Shown: positions 1 to 7,917 of the stretch, piece by piece
Numbering within the stretch: the stretch's first letter is position 1
How the letters are laid out: each line of letters starts with the position of its first letter
From: Polyangiales bacterium
Lineage (GTDB): Bacteria > Myxococcota_A > Polyangia > Polyangiales > Ga0077539
Assembly: GCA_044229975.1 (NCBI GenBank)
Contig: JBGARZ010000002.1
Coordinates: 640,001-704,000 of the forward strand
DNA: 64,000 nucleotides
Direction of reading: 5' to 3'
Notes under the pieces: model-generated
What the model was told of the DNA's origin: nothing
Databases searched by the model: none
The model's input: the letters and a program-made list of their open reading frames with translations, nothing else
Program-made: the position numbers and the translations under genes

Positions 1-1712
1 CCCGTCACTGCGACACCGCGACGCACGCGTGCGTCGACTGCGCCACCGACGCGCACTGCCCGTCGGGTGCGCTCTGCGTGGGCAGCGTCTGCGTCGCCGG
101 GTGCAACGCCGGTCGCCCCTGCCCCGCGTCGCAGCAGTGCTGCGGCGGAGCGTGCGTCGACCCGCAGTCCAACATCGCCCACTGCGGCGCGTGCGACGCC
201 CGCTGCACCATCGCGAGCGGCACTGCGGCGTGCATGAACGGCACGTGCGCCGTCGGCGCCTGCACGGCGCCCAACGCCAACTGCGACGGCAACGCGACCA
301 ACGGCTGCGAGACCGACACGTCCCGCGACGTCATGCACTGCGGCGGCTGCGCGATGCCCTGCGCGGCGCGCGCCCACGCGACGGCGTCGTGCGGCTCGGG
401 CACCTGCTCGTACGTCTGCGAGACCGGCTTCGCGGACTGCGACGGCGACGCGAGCAACGGCTGCGAGGCCGACACGCGCACCAGCACCGCCGCGTGCGGC
501 GCCTGCGGGACGCGCTGCGATCCGCCCAACGCGACGGCGGCCTGCGTGGCGAGCCGCTGCGAGGTCGCGGCTTGCGCGACGGGCTTCGGCAACTGCGACG
601 GCAACGCCACCAACGGCTGCGAGACCGACACCCGCGCGACCGTCGCCCACTGCGGCACCTGCGGAACCGTCTGCCCGGGCGCGGCCAACGCCGTCGCGGC
701 CTGCGCGGCGGGCGCCTGCGCGACGGTGTGCACGGCGGGCTACGCGGACTGCGACGGCATGGCAGGCAACGGCTGCGAGACCGATACGCGCAGCAGCGCG
801 ACCCACTGCGGCGGCTGTGGGCGCACCTGCGCGCTGCCCAACACGGCGACCTCGGGCTGCGCCGCGTCGCTCTGCACGGTGGCCACCTGCGCGACCAACT
901 TCGGCAACTGCGACGGCGTGGCGATGAACGGCTGCGAGACCGACACGCGCACCGCCCTGGCTCACTGCGGCGCGTGCGGCGTGGCGTGTGGAGCGGGCCT
1001 CACCTGCACGGCGAGCGCATGCACCCCGCTCGCGAACTGCGCGGCGATTCTCGCGGCGTTTCCCGGCATCGCGAGCGGCGCTTACCCCATCGACCCGGAC
1101 GGCGCCGGGGGTGACGCGCCCTTCACCGTGTACTGCGACATGACCGCCGACGGCGGCGGCTGGACCATGGTCTACAAGCTCTCGTCGGGCGTCGCGGGTG
1201 AGCCCGATGCGCTCTGGGCGGGCGGCGCGGTCAACGACGGCACGGCCGCGCTCCTCAACACGGCGCGCGGCGACGCGCAGTACGTGAGCCGCCTCCTCGG
1301 CCGCTGGAACTCCGGCCTCACCGTCACGCAGGCGCGGGTGGTGATGTACGAGGCGGGCGTCGCGTCGGCGTTCATGCGCTTCAACGCGGCGGGCAGTGAC
1401 CGGACCAACTGGTTTGCCCTCGGTCGCATGCAGGCCGGGTCGTGGACCGACCTCGGCACGCAGGGACAGAACTTCTTCCAGATCTCGGCGGCCGGAAACT
1501 ACGGCCGTCACTGGTTCGTGAACCGCAACTACGGCGGCTGCCCGGCCGACGCGGGCTGGCTGGTGCTCAACGGCTCCACCGACATCACCTGCGACTGGGC
1601 GACGCGCGTCCCAACGGTGTCGATCATGTTTGCCCGCGGCACCACCGTCCAGAACTGGAACGACTACCCCAACGTCGGCCTCGCCGACGCGATGGCGGTC
1701 TACATCCGATGA
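1..1712 (+). CDS. Cys-rich repeat protein with fibrinogen-like segment and C-terminal globular domain (5' partial)
   Basis: Frame is open from position 3. Five CDGxxxNGCExD repeats, then NCAAI..SGAYPIDPDG..VYCDMTADGGGWT (fibrinogen-related motif). Confidence 0.85.
   Translation, partial: RHCDTATHACVDCATDAHCPSGALCVGSVCVAGCNAGRPCPASQQCCGGACVDPQSNIAHCGACDARCTIASGTAACMNGTCAVGACTAPNANCDGNATNGCETDTSRDVMHCGGCAMPCAARAHATASCGSGTCSYVCETGFADCDGDASNGCEADTRTSTAACGACGTRCDPPNATAACVASRCEVAACATGFGNCDGNATNGCETDTRATVAHCGTCGTVCPGAANAVAACAAGACATVCTAGYADCDGMAGNGCETDTRSSATHCGGCGRTCALPNTATSGCAASLCTVATCATNFGNCDGVAMNGCETDTRTALAHCGACGVACGAGLTCTASACTPLANCAAILAAFPGIASGAYPIDPDGAGGDAPFTVYCDMTADGGGWTMVYKLSSGVAGEPDALWAGGAVNDGTAALLNTARGDAQYVSRLLGRWNSGLTVTQARVVMYEAGVASAFMRFNAAGSDRTNWFALGRMQAGSWTDLGTQGQNFFQISAAGNYGRHWFVNRNYGGCPADAGWLVLNGSTDITCDWATRVPTVSIMFARGTTVQNWNDYPNVGLADAMAVYIR
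160..1040 (+). repeat. Intragenic tandem Cys-rich repeat, ~52-53 aa period, 5 full copies plus a partial one
   Basis: (N/D)CDGxxxNGCE(T/A)DT..CGxC recurs near 280, 436, 591, 748 and 907. Confidence 0.85.
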
Positions 1713-1716
1713 GCGT

Positions 1717-2994
1717 TCAGCCCGGGATGGTGATGCAGCCGAACTGGACCTCGATGCGGGCGCTGCCTGCGCGGAGCTGTTCGTTGGCGCTCTCACACGA
1801 CGCGGGGCAGAGGTTGACCCGCGTCGGGTGCGCGTCGTCGTCGTAGTACCAGCCGCCCGTCGTCCGACACGCGGCGGCGTTGGCGACCTTCCCGATGACC
1901 GACCGCGATGTCCCGGTGACCACCACGTTCACGAGCCGCGGGTCGAGCACCGACCCTCCCGGCGGCGCCGGGAGTTCGAGGTCACACGCGATGCGGCTGC
2001 TGCGCTCGACGGCCGTGGCGACCCGCTCGAAGAAGGGCACCCATGCCGCCGCGCCGTCGCAGAGCTTCGCCCGCACGCCGCCAGTGCGAGCGACGAGCGT
2101 GGTGTAGACGCTGCCCGAGGTCGGCGGCGACGAGCCGTCGGGGTACATGCAGCGCGTGGCCGGGTTGGTCTCGCTGCCCCAGCCGTAGATTCCGCTGAAG
2201 GTATAGCCCGCGAAGAGGCCCGCCCACGACGGGTCGAGGAGGCCGGGCGGCAGGCTGAAGGAGCCGGAGTTGGGGTTGGTCCCGCCGCGGAAGCGATCGA
2301 ACTCGTCGGCCGTGAGCCGCGACTGGTCGTCGGTCACCACCACGATGGTCTTGCTCGCGTCGGCGCGCAGGAACTCCCGCCACGCCTCGCCGCCCCGCGG
2401 GTCGGCGCTCGTGTACCCGTGGGTCTGGCCGAGCGTGCCGAGGAGCTGCTCCAGGGGCTGCGTGCTGCGGACGTCCACCGAGGAGTGGAAGAAGCGCTCG
2501 CCGTTGCCGCAGGCGTCGTCGCCCGCGAGCGGCCGCGGGATGCACACGGCGTAGCGACCGCTGCCAGCGACGGTGACGCTGCGCCGCACGTTGCGGAGGG
2601 AGAGCATCACGACGCGGTAGTCGAGGCCGCGCGAGCCCACCACGCGGGCGAAGTCGTTGAGCCCGCGGATCACTTCATCGATGGCCGGCGCCATGCTGAT
2701 GGAGTTGTCGACCACCCAGATGATGTCGACGGGCTGCCGCTCGACCTGGGCCTCGACCGCGCTGGTCGAACACGCCGCGTCGGGCGAGAGCACGAGGTCG
2801 GTGGGGACGTCGCGAGGCCCCGTCTGGACATCGGGGGGAGGGCCCGCGTCGACGATCACGACGTCGGCGGACGGCCCATCGCGGCGGCCCGCATCGAAGC
2901 CCGCGTCGGCGACGAAGGTGCGCGGCGGTAGATCGCCGGCGCAGGCGGGGAGCAGCCCGAGGAGACCCACGGCGAGGCGCGACGATCGAGGCAT
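1717..2994 (-). CDS. VWA-domain lipoprotein (CglB-like myxobacterial family)
   Basis: ATG at 2994, lipobox LLPAC, MIDAS motif DIIWVVDNSISM, VVVTDD, Cys-rich C-terminus GWYYDD..LCPASC. Confidence 0.8.
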   Translation of the reverse strand: MPRSSRLAVGLLGLLPACAGDLPPRTFVADAGFDAGRRDGPSADVVIVDAGPPPDVQTGPRDVPTDLVLSPDAACSTSAVEAQVERQPVDIIWVVDNSISMAPAIDEVIRGLNDFARVVGSRGLDYRVVMLSLRNVRRSVTVAGSGRYAVCIPRPLAGDDACGNGERFFHSSVDVRSTQPLEQLLGTLGQTHGYTSADPRGGEAWREFLRADASKTIVVVTDDQSRLTADEFDRFRGGTNPNSGSFSLPPGLLDPSWAGLFAGYTFSGIYGWGSETNPATRCMYPDGSSPPTSGSVYTTLVARTGGVRAKLCDGAAAWVPFFERVATAVERSSRIACDLELPAPPGGSVLDPRLVNVVVTGTSRSVIGKVANAAACRTTGGWYYDDDAHPTRVNLCPASCESANEQLRAGSARIEVQFGCITIPG

Positions 2995-3163
2995 TCCCTT
3001 CGGGTAGCACGGTCGGCCGTGACCGTGGGCCTCACCCTGGTGACGGTCGTGTGAGGGGAAACGCCTCAGCGCGCGCGTCACGCCCGCCGCGCTGGACCGC
3101 TCGACCGAAGAGGGTGGTAGCTTCGGAGCGTCCTTTGGCCGCGAGTCTTCTGAGAGTCTGCCA

Positions 3164-3180
3164 ATGGCGCACGAGATGCA
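3164..3180 (+). promoter_or_regulatory. Putative sigma54 -24/-12 promoter
   Basis: TGGCGCACGAGATGCA with GG at 3166-67 and GC at 3178-79 (GG-N10-GC), ~60 nt upstream of ORF 3242. Confidence 0.55.
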
Positions 3181-3241
3181 GCCTCGTCGTGGGTGACGGA
3201 GCCGCCAGACGCGCCCGTCACTCACGAGGAGCGAGAGAGCA

Positions 3242-3568
3242 ATGAAGCCATCCAGGACCAGGACGCCGGAACTCCACATCGGAGGCCGCATGGACGACGG
3301 CAACGCCTTCATCCGCGACCCGGGCTCCGGCCCCGCACGGACCAAGGACAGCCTCGCGGAGAACCTTGCGGAGCAGTTCCTCACGTCGGCCACGTCGGCG
3401 GAGGAGGCAGGGCAGGAGGAGTTTGACCGCGAGGTGCCCGAGGAGTCGGGCGGCCCCTTCGTGCGATCGAGCGGCGCGAAGGAGTACGCGCGCACCTCCG
3501 ACGCGCCCGACATCCCCGACGCCGAGCGCGAGCCCTTCCCGACGCCCATGCGCGTCGGCCGCCGCTAG
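3242..3568 (+). CDS. Small acidic hypothetical protein
   Basis: 108 aa ORF, GAGGAG upstream, fills the gap between genes, convergent 4-nt overlap with the queA-like stop. Confidence 0.75.
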   Translation: MKPSRTRTPELHIGGRMDDGNAFIRDPGSGPARTKDSLAENLAEQFLTSATSAEEAGQEEFDREVPEESGGPFVRSSGAKEYARTSDAPDIPDAEREPFPTPMRVGRR

Positions 3569-4632
3569 CGCGCGAGCACCAGCGCGCTGTCTCCAAACTC
3601 GTGCTGGAGGTATCCCCGGCCCGCCGCGAAGCGCAGCGAGGCGTGCAGCAGCGGCGCGCTCGCGAAGGCCGTGAGCAGCGCGAAGTGCGAGGTGCCGGGC
3701 TCGTGCATCCCCGTGAAGATCCCGTCGACGACCCGCGGCGTCGTCCCCTCCCCCAGCACCAGAGCCGTCATCGCCGTGCCCGCGCTGAGCACTCCCTGCG
3801 ATGCATCGGCGCGCCCCTCCAGCGCCCGCACCACGCTCGTCCCCACGGCAATCACCCGACCGCGGCGCGCACGGCAACGCGCCACGGCGTCCACGGTCGC
3901 CTGCGGGATGTCAGAGCGCTCGGGCCACGGCATCGCGGCATCGAGCACCTCGTCTCCCGTCGAGGACAAGCCCGCGGCGTGAGTGATGGCTGCGAGCTCG
4001 ACGCCCGACTCGCGCAGGGCCTGCACCAACGCCCACGAGAGCGGTCGCCCCGCCGACGGCATCTCCAGCGACCACGGTCGCGACGCGAAGGGCGTCTGCA
4101 CATCCCACAGCGCGAGCTCGTCGCGGAGATGCGCGTACTGCACCGGCCGACCGATGGCGTACAGCCGCCGCCAGAACGCGTCGCCCTCATGGGAGAAGCG
4201 CACCGTCACCAACCGCGCCGATCGGTCGGAGCGCGCCTCGACGACCGCGCGCAGATCACCCGCGCAGGTGAGCACCTCGCCCGGTGAGAGCACCGGAGGC
4301 GGAGCGCGGTGCTCCGTGCGGGTGCGCCAGTCCCCGTCGCCGAAGAGCACCACGTCCCAGGCTCCGTCGTCGTGGTGATGGGCGAGGCGCAGCTCCATCG
4401 CTTCGCCCGCGGGGCCCTTCGCGGAGAGCGAAGCCGGGAGCGTCGCCGCGTCGTTGACCACCAGCAGATCGCCCGCCCGCAGGAAGCGCGGAAGGTCTGC
4501 GATGCGGGCGTCTTCCAACGCCTCCGACGACGGGTCGATCACCAGCAGCTTCTCCGCCAGGACGTCGCCCCGCACGCCCGTCGCCGCGGCGAGCACCTCG
4601 TCGCCGTAGGAGCCCGATGGAACGGCGTTCAT
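3565..4632 (-). CDS. QueA-family (SAM:tRNA ribosyltransferase-isomerase-like) divergent paralog
   Basis: GDLLVVNDAATLPASL, EMPSAGRP, IAVGTSVVRALE, HEFGD. ATGA overlap with the upstream SDR. Confidence 0.85.
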   Translation of the reverse strand: MNAVPSGSYGDEVLAAATGVRGDVLAEKLLVIDPSSEALEDARIADLPRFLRAGDLLVVNDAATLPASLSAKGPAGEAMELRLAHHHDDGAWDVVLFGDGDWRTRTEHRAPPPVLSPGEVLTCAGDLRAVVEARSDRSARLVTVRFSHEGDAFWRRLYAIGRPVQYAHLRDELALWDVQTPFASRPWSLEMPSAGRPLSWALVQALRESGVELAAITHAAGLSSTGDEVLDAAMPWPERSDIPQATVDAVARCRARRGRVIAVGTSVVRALEGRADASQGVLSAGTAMTALVLGEGTTPRVVDGIFTGMHEPGTSHFALLTAFASAPLLHASLRFAAGRGYLQHEFGDSALVLAR

Positions 4633-5363
4633 GACTGCACCTGCGCGACGAAGCTCGGCGCGTGGAGGCGGTGTCCCGGCGTGATGTTCTCGGCGTGGGC
4701 GATGATGTCCACGAAGCGCTCGGCGACCGCCCCAGGTGCGCTCAGGGTCGCGCGATCGGCGTGGGGCATCGCGTCGGCGTGCATCGCCGTGTCCATCTCG
4801 CCCGGGTCGACGGACACCACGCGCACGCCGCTCTCTTCGAGCTCGGCCGACCAGATGCGACCGAGGTGATCGAGCGCCGCCTTCGAGGCGCCGTACGCGC
4901 CCCACGCGGGGTACGCCTCCACCGCAGCATCGGAGCTCACCAGCAGCACCAGCCCCCGCGCCCCGAGCAGCATCGGCCCGAGCAGCGCCTTCGTCAGCCG
5001 GAACGGCCCCAGCACGTTGACCGCCAGCGCCCGCTCCAGCGCCTCGCAGTCCGTGTCCGCGAGCAACCGCAGCGGAACGTGGCCCAGCGTGCTCGCGTTG
5101 TGCACCACCACGTCGACCCCACCCAGCGCGGCGAGCGCCTGCCCCGCGATGCGGTGGATCGCCTGCTTGTCCCCCACGTCGCCCGCCACCGCGTGCGCCT
5201 CGCCACCCGCCGCCACCACCTCCGCCGCCACCGCGTCGAGCGCGGCCTCGGTGCGTGCCACCAGCGCGAGCCGCGCGCCTCGCCGCCCCAACGCCAGCGC
5301 CAGCGCGCGCCCCAAGCCCGCTCCAGCTCCCGTCACCACGATTCTCAGCCCGTTGATGTCCAT
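4629..5363 (-). CDS. Short-chain dehydrogenase/reductase (SDR)
   Basis: TGAGAGLG, HNAS, catalytic Ser and YGASK, VDPGEMDT. Confidence 0.92.
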   Translation of the reverse strand: MDINGLRIVVTGAGAGLGRALALALGRRGARLALVARTEAALDAVAAEVVAAGGEAHAVAGDVGDKQAIHRIAGQALAALGGVDVVVHNASTLGHVPLRLLADTDCEALERALAVNVLGPFRLTKALLGPMLLGARGLVLLVSSDAAVEAYPAWGAYGASKAALDHLGRIWSAELEESGVRVVSVDPGEMDTAMHADAMPHADRATLSAPGAVAERFVDIIAHAENITPGHRLHAPSFVAQVQS

Positions 5364-5406
5364 ATGCCGCGTCACTCCTTCGGTGGTTGGGAGTCTGTGT
5401 CGCGGG

Positions 5407-5460
5407 TGCCAGCCGGTTGGCCGTTCTGCCAATACGCTGGCATCCTGCCAACGCATGGAC
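5407..5460. promoter_or_regulatory. Three tandem imperfect palindromes TGCCA-N5/6-TGG(C/A)N, candidate XRE operator array
   Basis: 5407 TGCCA-GCCGGT-TGGCC; 5427 TGCCA-ATACGC-TGGCA; 5446 TGCCA-ACGCA-TGGAC, all in the divergent intergenic region. Confidence 0.65.
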
Positions 5461-6015
5461 ACCCCCGCCGACGTCGCCGAGCGCCTCGCCGCCAACATCC
5501 GCGCGCTGCGTGAAGCCCGCGGGCTCACCCAATCGCAGCTCGCGCGCCAGTCGGGCCTGCCCCGCGCGACGTGGGCCAACCTCGAAAGTGGCGGCGCCAA
5601 CCCCACGCTCGCCGTGATGCAGAAGGTCGCCGTCGCCCTCCAGGTGTCCTTCGAGGAGCTCGTCGCGGCGCCCATCGCGGGCGCGCGCTTCTTCGCGAAG
5701 GACTCGCTCCCGGTGCAGTCCCGCGGGCAGGCGACCATCCGCAAGCTGCTGCCCGACCGCGTCCCCGGAACAGAGATCGACCGCATCGCGCTGCCGCCGG
5801 GCGCGCGCATGACGGGCGTCCCGCACACACCGGGGACCCGCGAGTACCTCACCGTCGAGACCGGCTCCATCGCCCTCACCGCGAGCGGCCAGACGTGGAC
5901 GCTCCAACCCGGCGACGTCCTCGCCTTTCGCGGCGACCAGAAGCACTCCTACGCCAACCCCGGCCGCGGCGCCGCGGTGGGCTACTCCGTCGTGATGCTC
6001 CGACCCGTGGATTGA
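5455..6015 (+). CDS. XRE-family HTH regulator with C-terminal cupin domain
   Basis: IRALREARGLTQSQLA..LESGGANPTL HTH; PHTPGTREYL..GD..FRGDQKHSY cupin. Confidence 0.92.
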   Translation: MDTPADVAERLAANIRALREARGLTQSQLARQSGLPRATWANLESGGANPTLAVMQKVAVALQVSFEELVAAPIAGARFFAKDSLPVQSRGQATIRKLLPDRVPGTEIDRIALPPGARMTGVPHTPGTREYLTVETGSIALTASGQTWTLQPGDVLAFRGDQKHSYANPGRGAAVGYSVVMLRPVD

Positions 6016-6051
6016 CCGGCCGCGCGCGATGGGGTTCCACTGCGCGCCCTC

Positions 6052-6891
6052 ATGCTCAACGACCTTCGTTTCGCCTTCGTCGGCGCGGGCAACATGGCCG
6101 AGGCCCTCATCCGCGGGCTCATCGCGTCGGGCGCCGTCCCCGCTTCGCACATCACCGTCTCGGGCCGCCGCCGCGAGCGCACCGACCGCACCGCCGAGCG
6201 CCTCGGCGTCACCGCCGCCACCGACAACGCCCACTGCGTCGCCGGGGCCGACGTGGTGATGCTCTGCGTGAAGCCCCAGGTGCTGCGTGGCGTCCTCGAA
6301 CAGGTCGGCCGCGACATCCCCCGCGAGGCGCTGGTGGTCAGCGTCGCCGCGGGCATCTCGGCCTCGTCCATCGAGGCCCAGCTCGCGCCCGGCCAGCGCG
6401 TCGTGCGCAGCATGCCCAACACCGGCGCCGTCGTGCGGCAGAGCGCCTCCGCCATCGCCCCAGGAGCCAGCGCCACCGAGCGCGATCTGGCCGTCGCCAA
6501 GGACATCTTCGATCGCGTGGGCCGCACCGTCGTCGTCGACGAGGTGCACCTCGACGCGGTCACGGGGCTCTCGGGCAGCGGGCCCGCGTACATCTTCCTC
6601 ATCATCGACGCGCTCGCCGACGCGGGCGTGAAGGTCGGCCTCTCGCGCGACGTGGCCTTGGAGCTCGCCGCGCAGACCGTGATGGGCTCCGCGCAGCTCC
6701 TGCTCCAGACCGGCGAACACCCCGGCAAGCTCAAGGACCAGGTGACCTCCCCCGGCGGCACCGCCATCGCGGGCCTGCACACGCTCGAAGCGGGCGGCCT
6801 TCGTACGACGCTCATCACCGCCGTCGAGACCGCCACACGACGCTCGAAGGAGCTCGGCGAGGCAGCCGCGGCGGCAGCAGCGCACAAGTGA
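6052..6891 (+). CDS. proC: Pyrroline-5-carboxylate reductase
   Basis: GAGNMA, CVKPQ, RSMPNT, GLSGSGPAY, VTSPGGT. Confidence 0.97.
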   Translation: MLNDLRFAFVGAGNMAEALIRGLIASGAVPASHITVSGRRRERTDRTAERLGVTAATDNAHCVAGADVVMLCVKPQVLRGVLEQVGRDIPREALVVSVAAGISASSIEAQLAPGQRVVRSMPNTGAVVRQSASAIAPGASATERDLAVAKDIFDRVGRTVVVDEVHLDAVTGLSGSGPAYIFLIIDALADAGVKVGLSRDVALELAAQTVMGSAQLLLQTGEHPGKLKDQVTSPGGTAIAGLHTLEAGGLRTTLITAVETATRRSKELGEAAAAAAAHK

Positions 6892-6902
6892 GGCGGTGAC
6901 CC

Positions 6903-7901
6903 ATGGACGACGCCGTCAAGATCGAGCACGAGACCACCCCCAACAGCGACGGCTGGGAGCTCTCGCTCCGGCACACCGTCGCCCATCGGACGCAGCACCA
7001 CGGAGATGAGGCCCCGAAGCGCCCCGTGCTCGTGGTGCCGGGCTACGGGATGAACTCGTTCATCTTCGGGTTTCACCCGAGCGGGCGGTCGCTGGAGCAC
7101 CACCTCGCGTGGCGCGGCTTCGACGTGTGGAGCGTGGACTTCCGCGCCCAGGGCCGCTCGCGCTCCACGGGCGGTTCGATGAAGGGCTGGGGACTCGCCG
7201 AGCTCGCCACCGTCGACACCACCGCCGCCGTCGACCACGTGCTCAAACGCACCGGCGCCGCGCAGGTCGACCTCATCGGCTGCTCCCTCGGCACGGCCAT
7301 CATGCTCGGCCACGCCGTACTCGGTGACCGCACCCGCCTCGGGTCGCTCGTCGCCTTCGGTGGGCCCCTTCGTTGGGAAGACGTCCACCCGCTGGTGTCG
7401 GTGGCCTTTCGCTCCCCGCGACTCGCGGCCGCCATCCCCTTCAAGGGCACGCGCGCCCTCGCAGGCTTCGCGCTGCCGTTGCTGCTCAAGACGCCGCTGC
7501 TGTCGATCTATCTCAACCCCAGGAGTTCGGACATGAGCCGCTGGCGCGAGATGATCAACACCGTCGAAGACCCCATTCCCCAGATCAACGGCGAGATCGC
7601 GCAGTGGATCCTCGACCGCGACCTCACCCTCCGCGGCACCAACATCACCCGCGGCGCCGAGACGCTCACCAACCCGCTGCTCTGCGTGGTCGCCCTGCAA
7701 GACGGCATCGTCCCCGTCGAGACGGCGCGCTCGCCCTACCGTCACACCGGCGCGACCGTGAAGGCCATGCTGGAGGTCGGCGACACCGAGCTGCCACACG
7801 CCCACGCCGACCTCTTCCTGTCGCGCGAGGCCGAGGCCCGGGTCTTCGAACCGACGGCACGATGGCTGGCCCAGCCGACTTCCGTGATCGCCGGAGTGTG
7901 A
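6903..7901 (+). CDS. Alpha/beta hydrolase (PHA synthase/lipase-like fold)
   Basis: DGWELSL, VPGYGMN, GCSLG nucleophile elbow, DGIVP, HADLF. Confidence 0.8.
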   Translation: MDDAVKIEHETTPNSDGWELSLRHTVAHRTQHHGDEAPKRPVLVVPGYGMNSFIFGFHPSGRSLEHHLAWRGFDVWSVDFRAQGRSRSTGGSMKGWGLAELATVDTTAAVDHVLKRTGAAQVDLIGCSLGTAIMLGHAVLGDRTRLGSLVAFGGPLRWEDVHPLVSVAFRSPRLAAAIPFKGTRALAGFALPLLLKTPLLSIYLNPRSSDMSRWREMINTVEDPIPQINGEIAQWILDRDLTLRGTNITRGAETLTNPLLCVVALQDGIVPVETARSPYRHTGATVKAMLEVGDTELPHAHADLFLSREAEARVFEPTARWLAQPTSVIAGV

Positions 7902-7917
7902 TAAGAGCGGCGCTCCC

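Noticed and set aside
160..1040. Regularly spaced repeats that could suggest a CRISPR array
   Set aside because: In-frame, degenerate, ~158-nt protein repeats; no cas genes in the window.
3040..3135. GAAA-loop hairpin and GGTAGC suggesting a c-di-GMP-I riboswitch
   Set aside because: The conserved GGCAAA/GACGCAAAGC core is missing; kept only as generic inverted repeats.
3565..6885. Very long ORF-track entries (e.g. 1106 aa at 3565-6885, 902 aa at 13325-16033, 734 aa at 13790-15994, 748 aa at 54866-57112)
   Set aside because: These are upstream extensions of real genes through stop-poor GC-rich DNA. Only the C-terminal portions carry family motifs, so they are not fusions.
6903..7901. Possible PHA synthase PhaC
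   Set aside because: The nucleophile elbow is G-C-S-L-G (Ser), not GxCxGG, and no pha genes are nearby.
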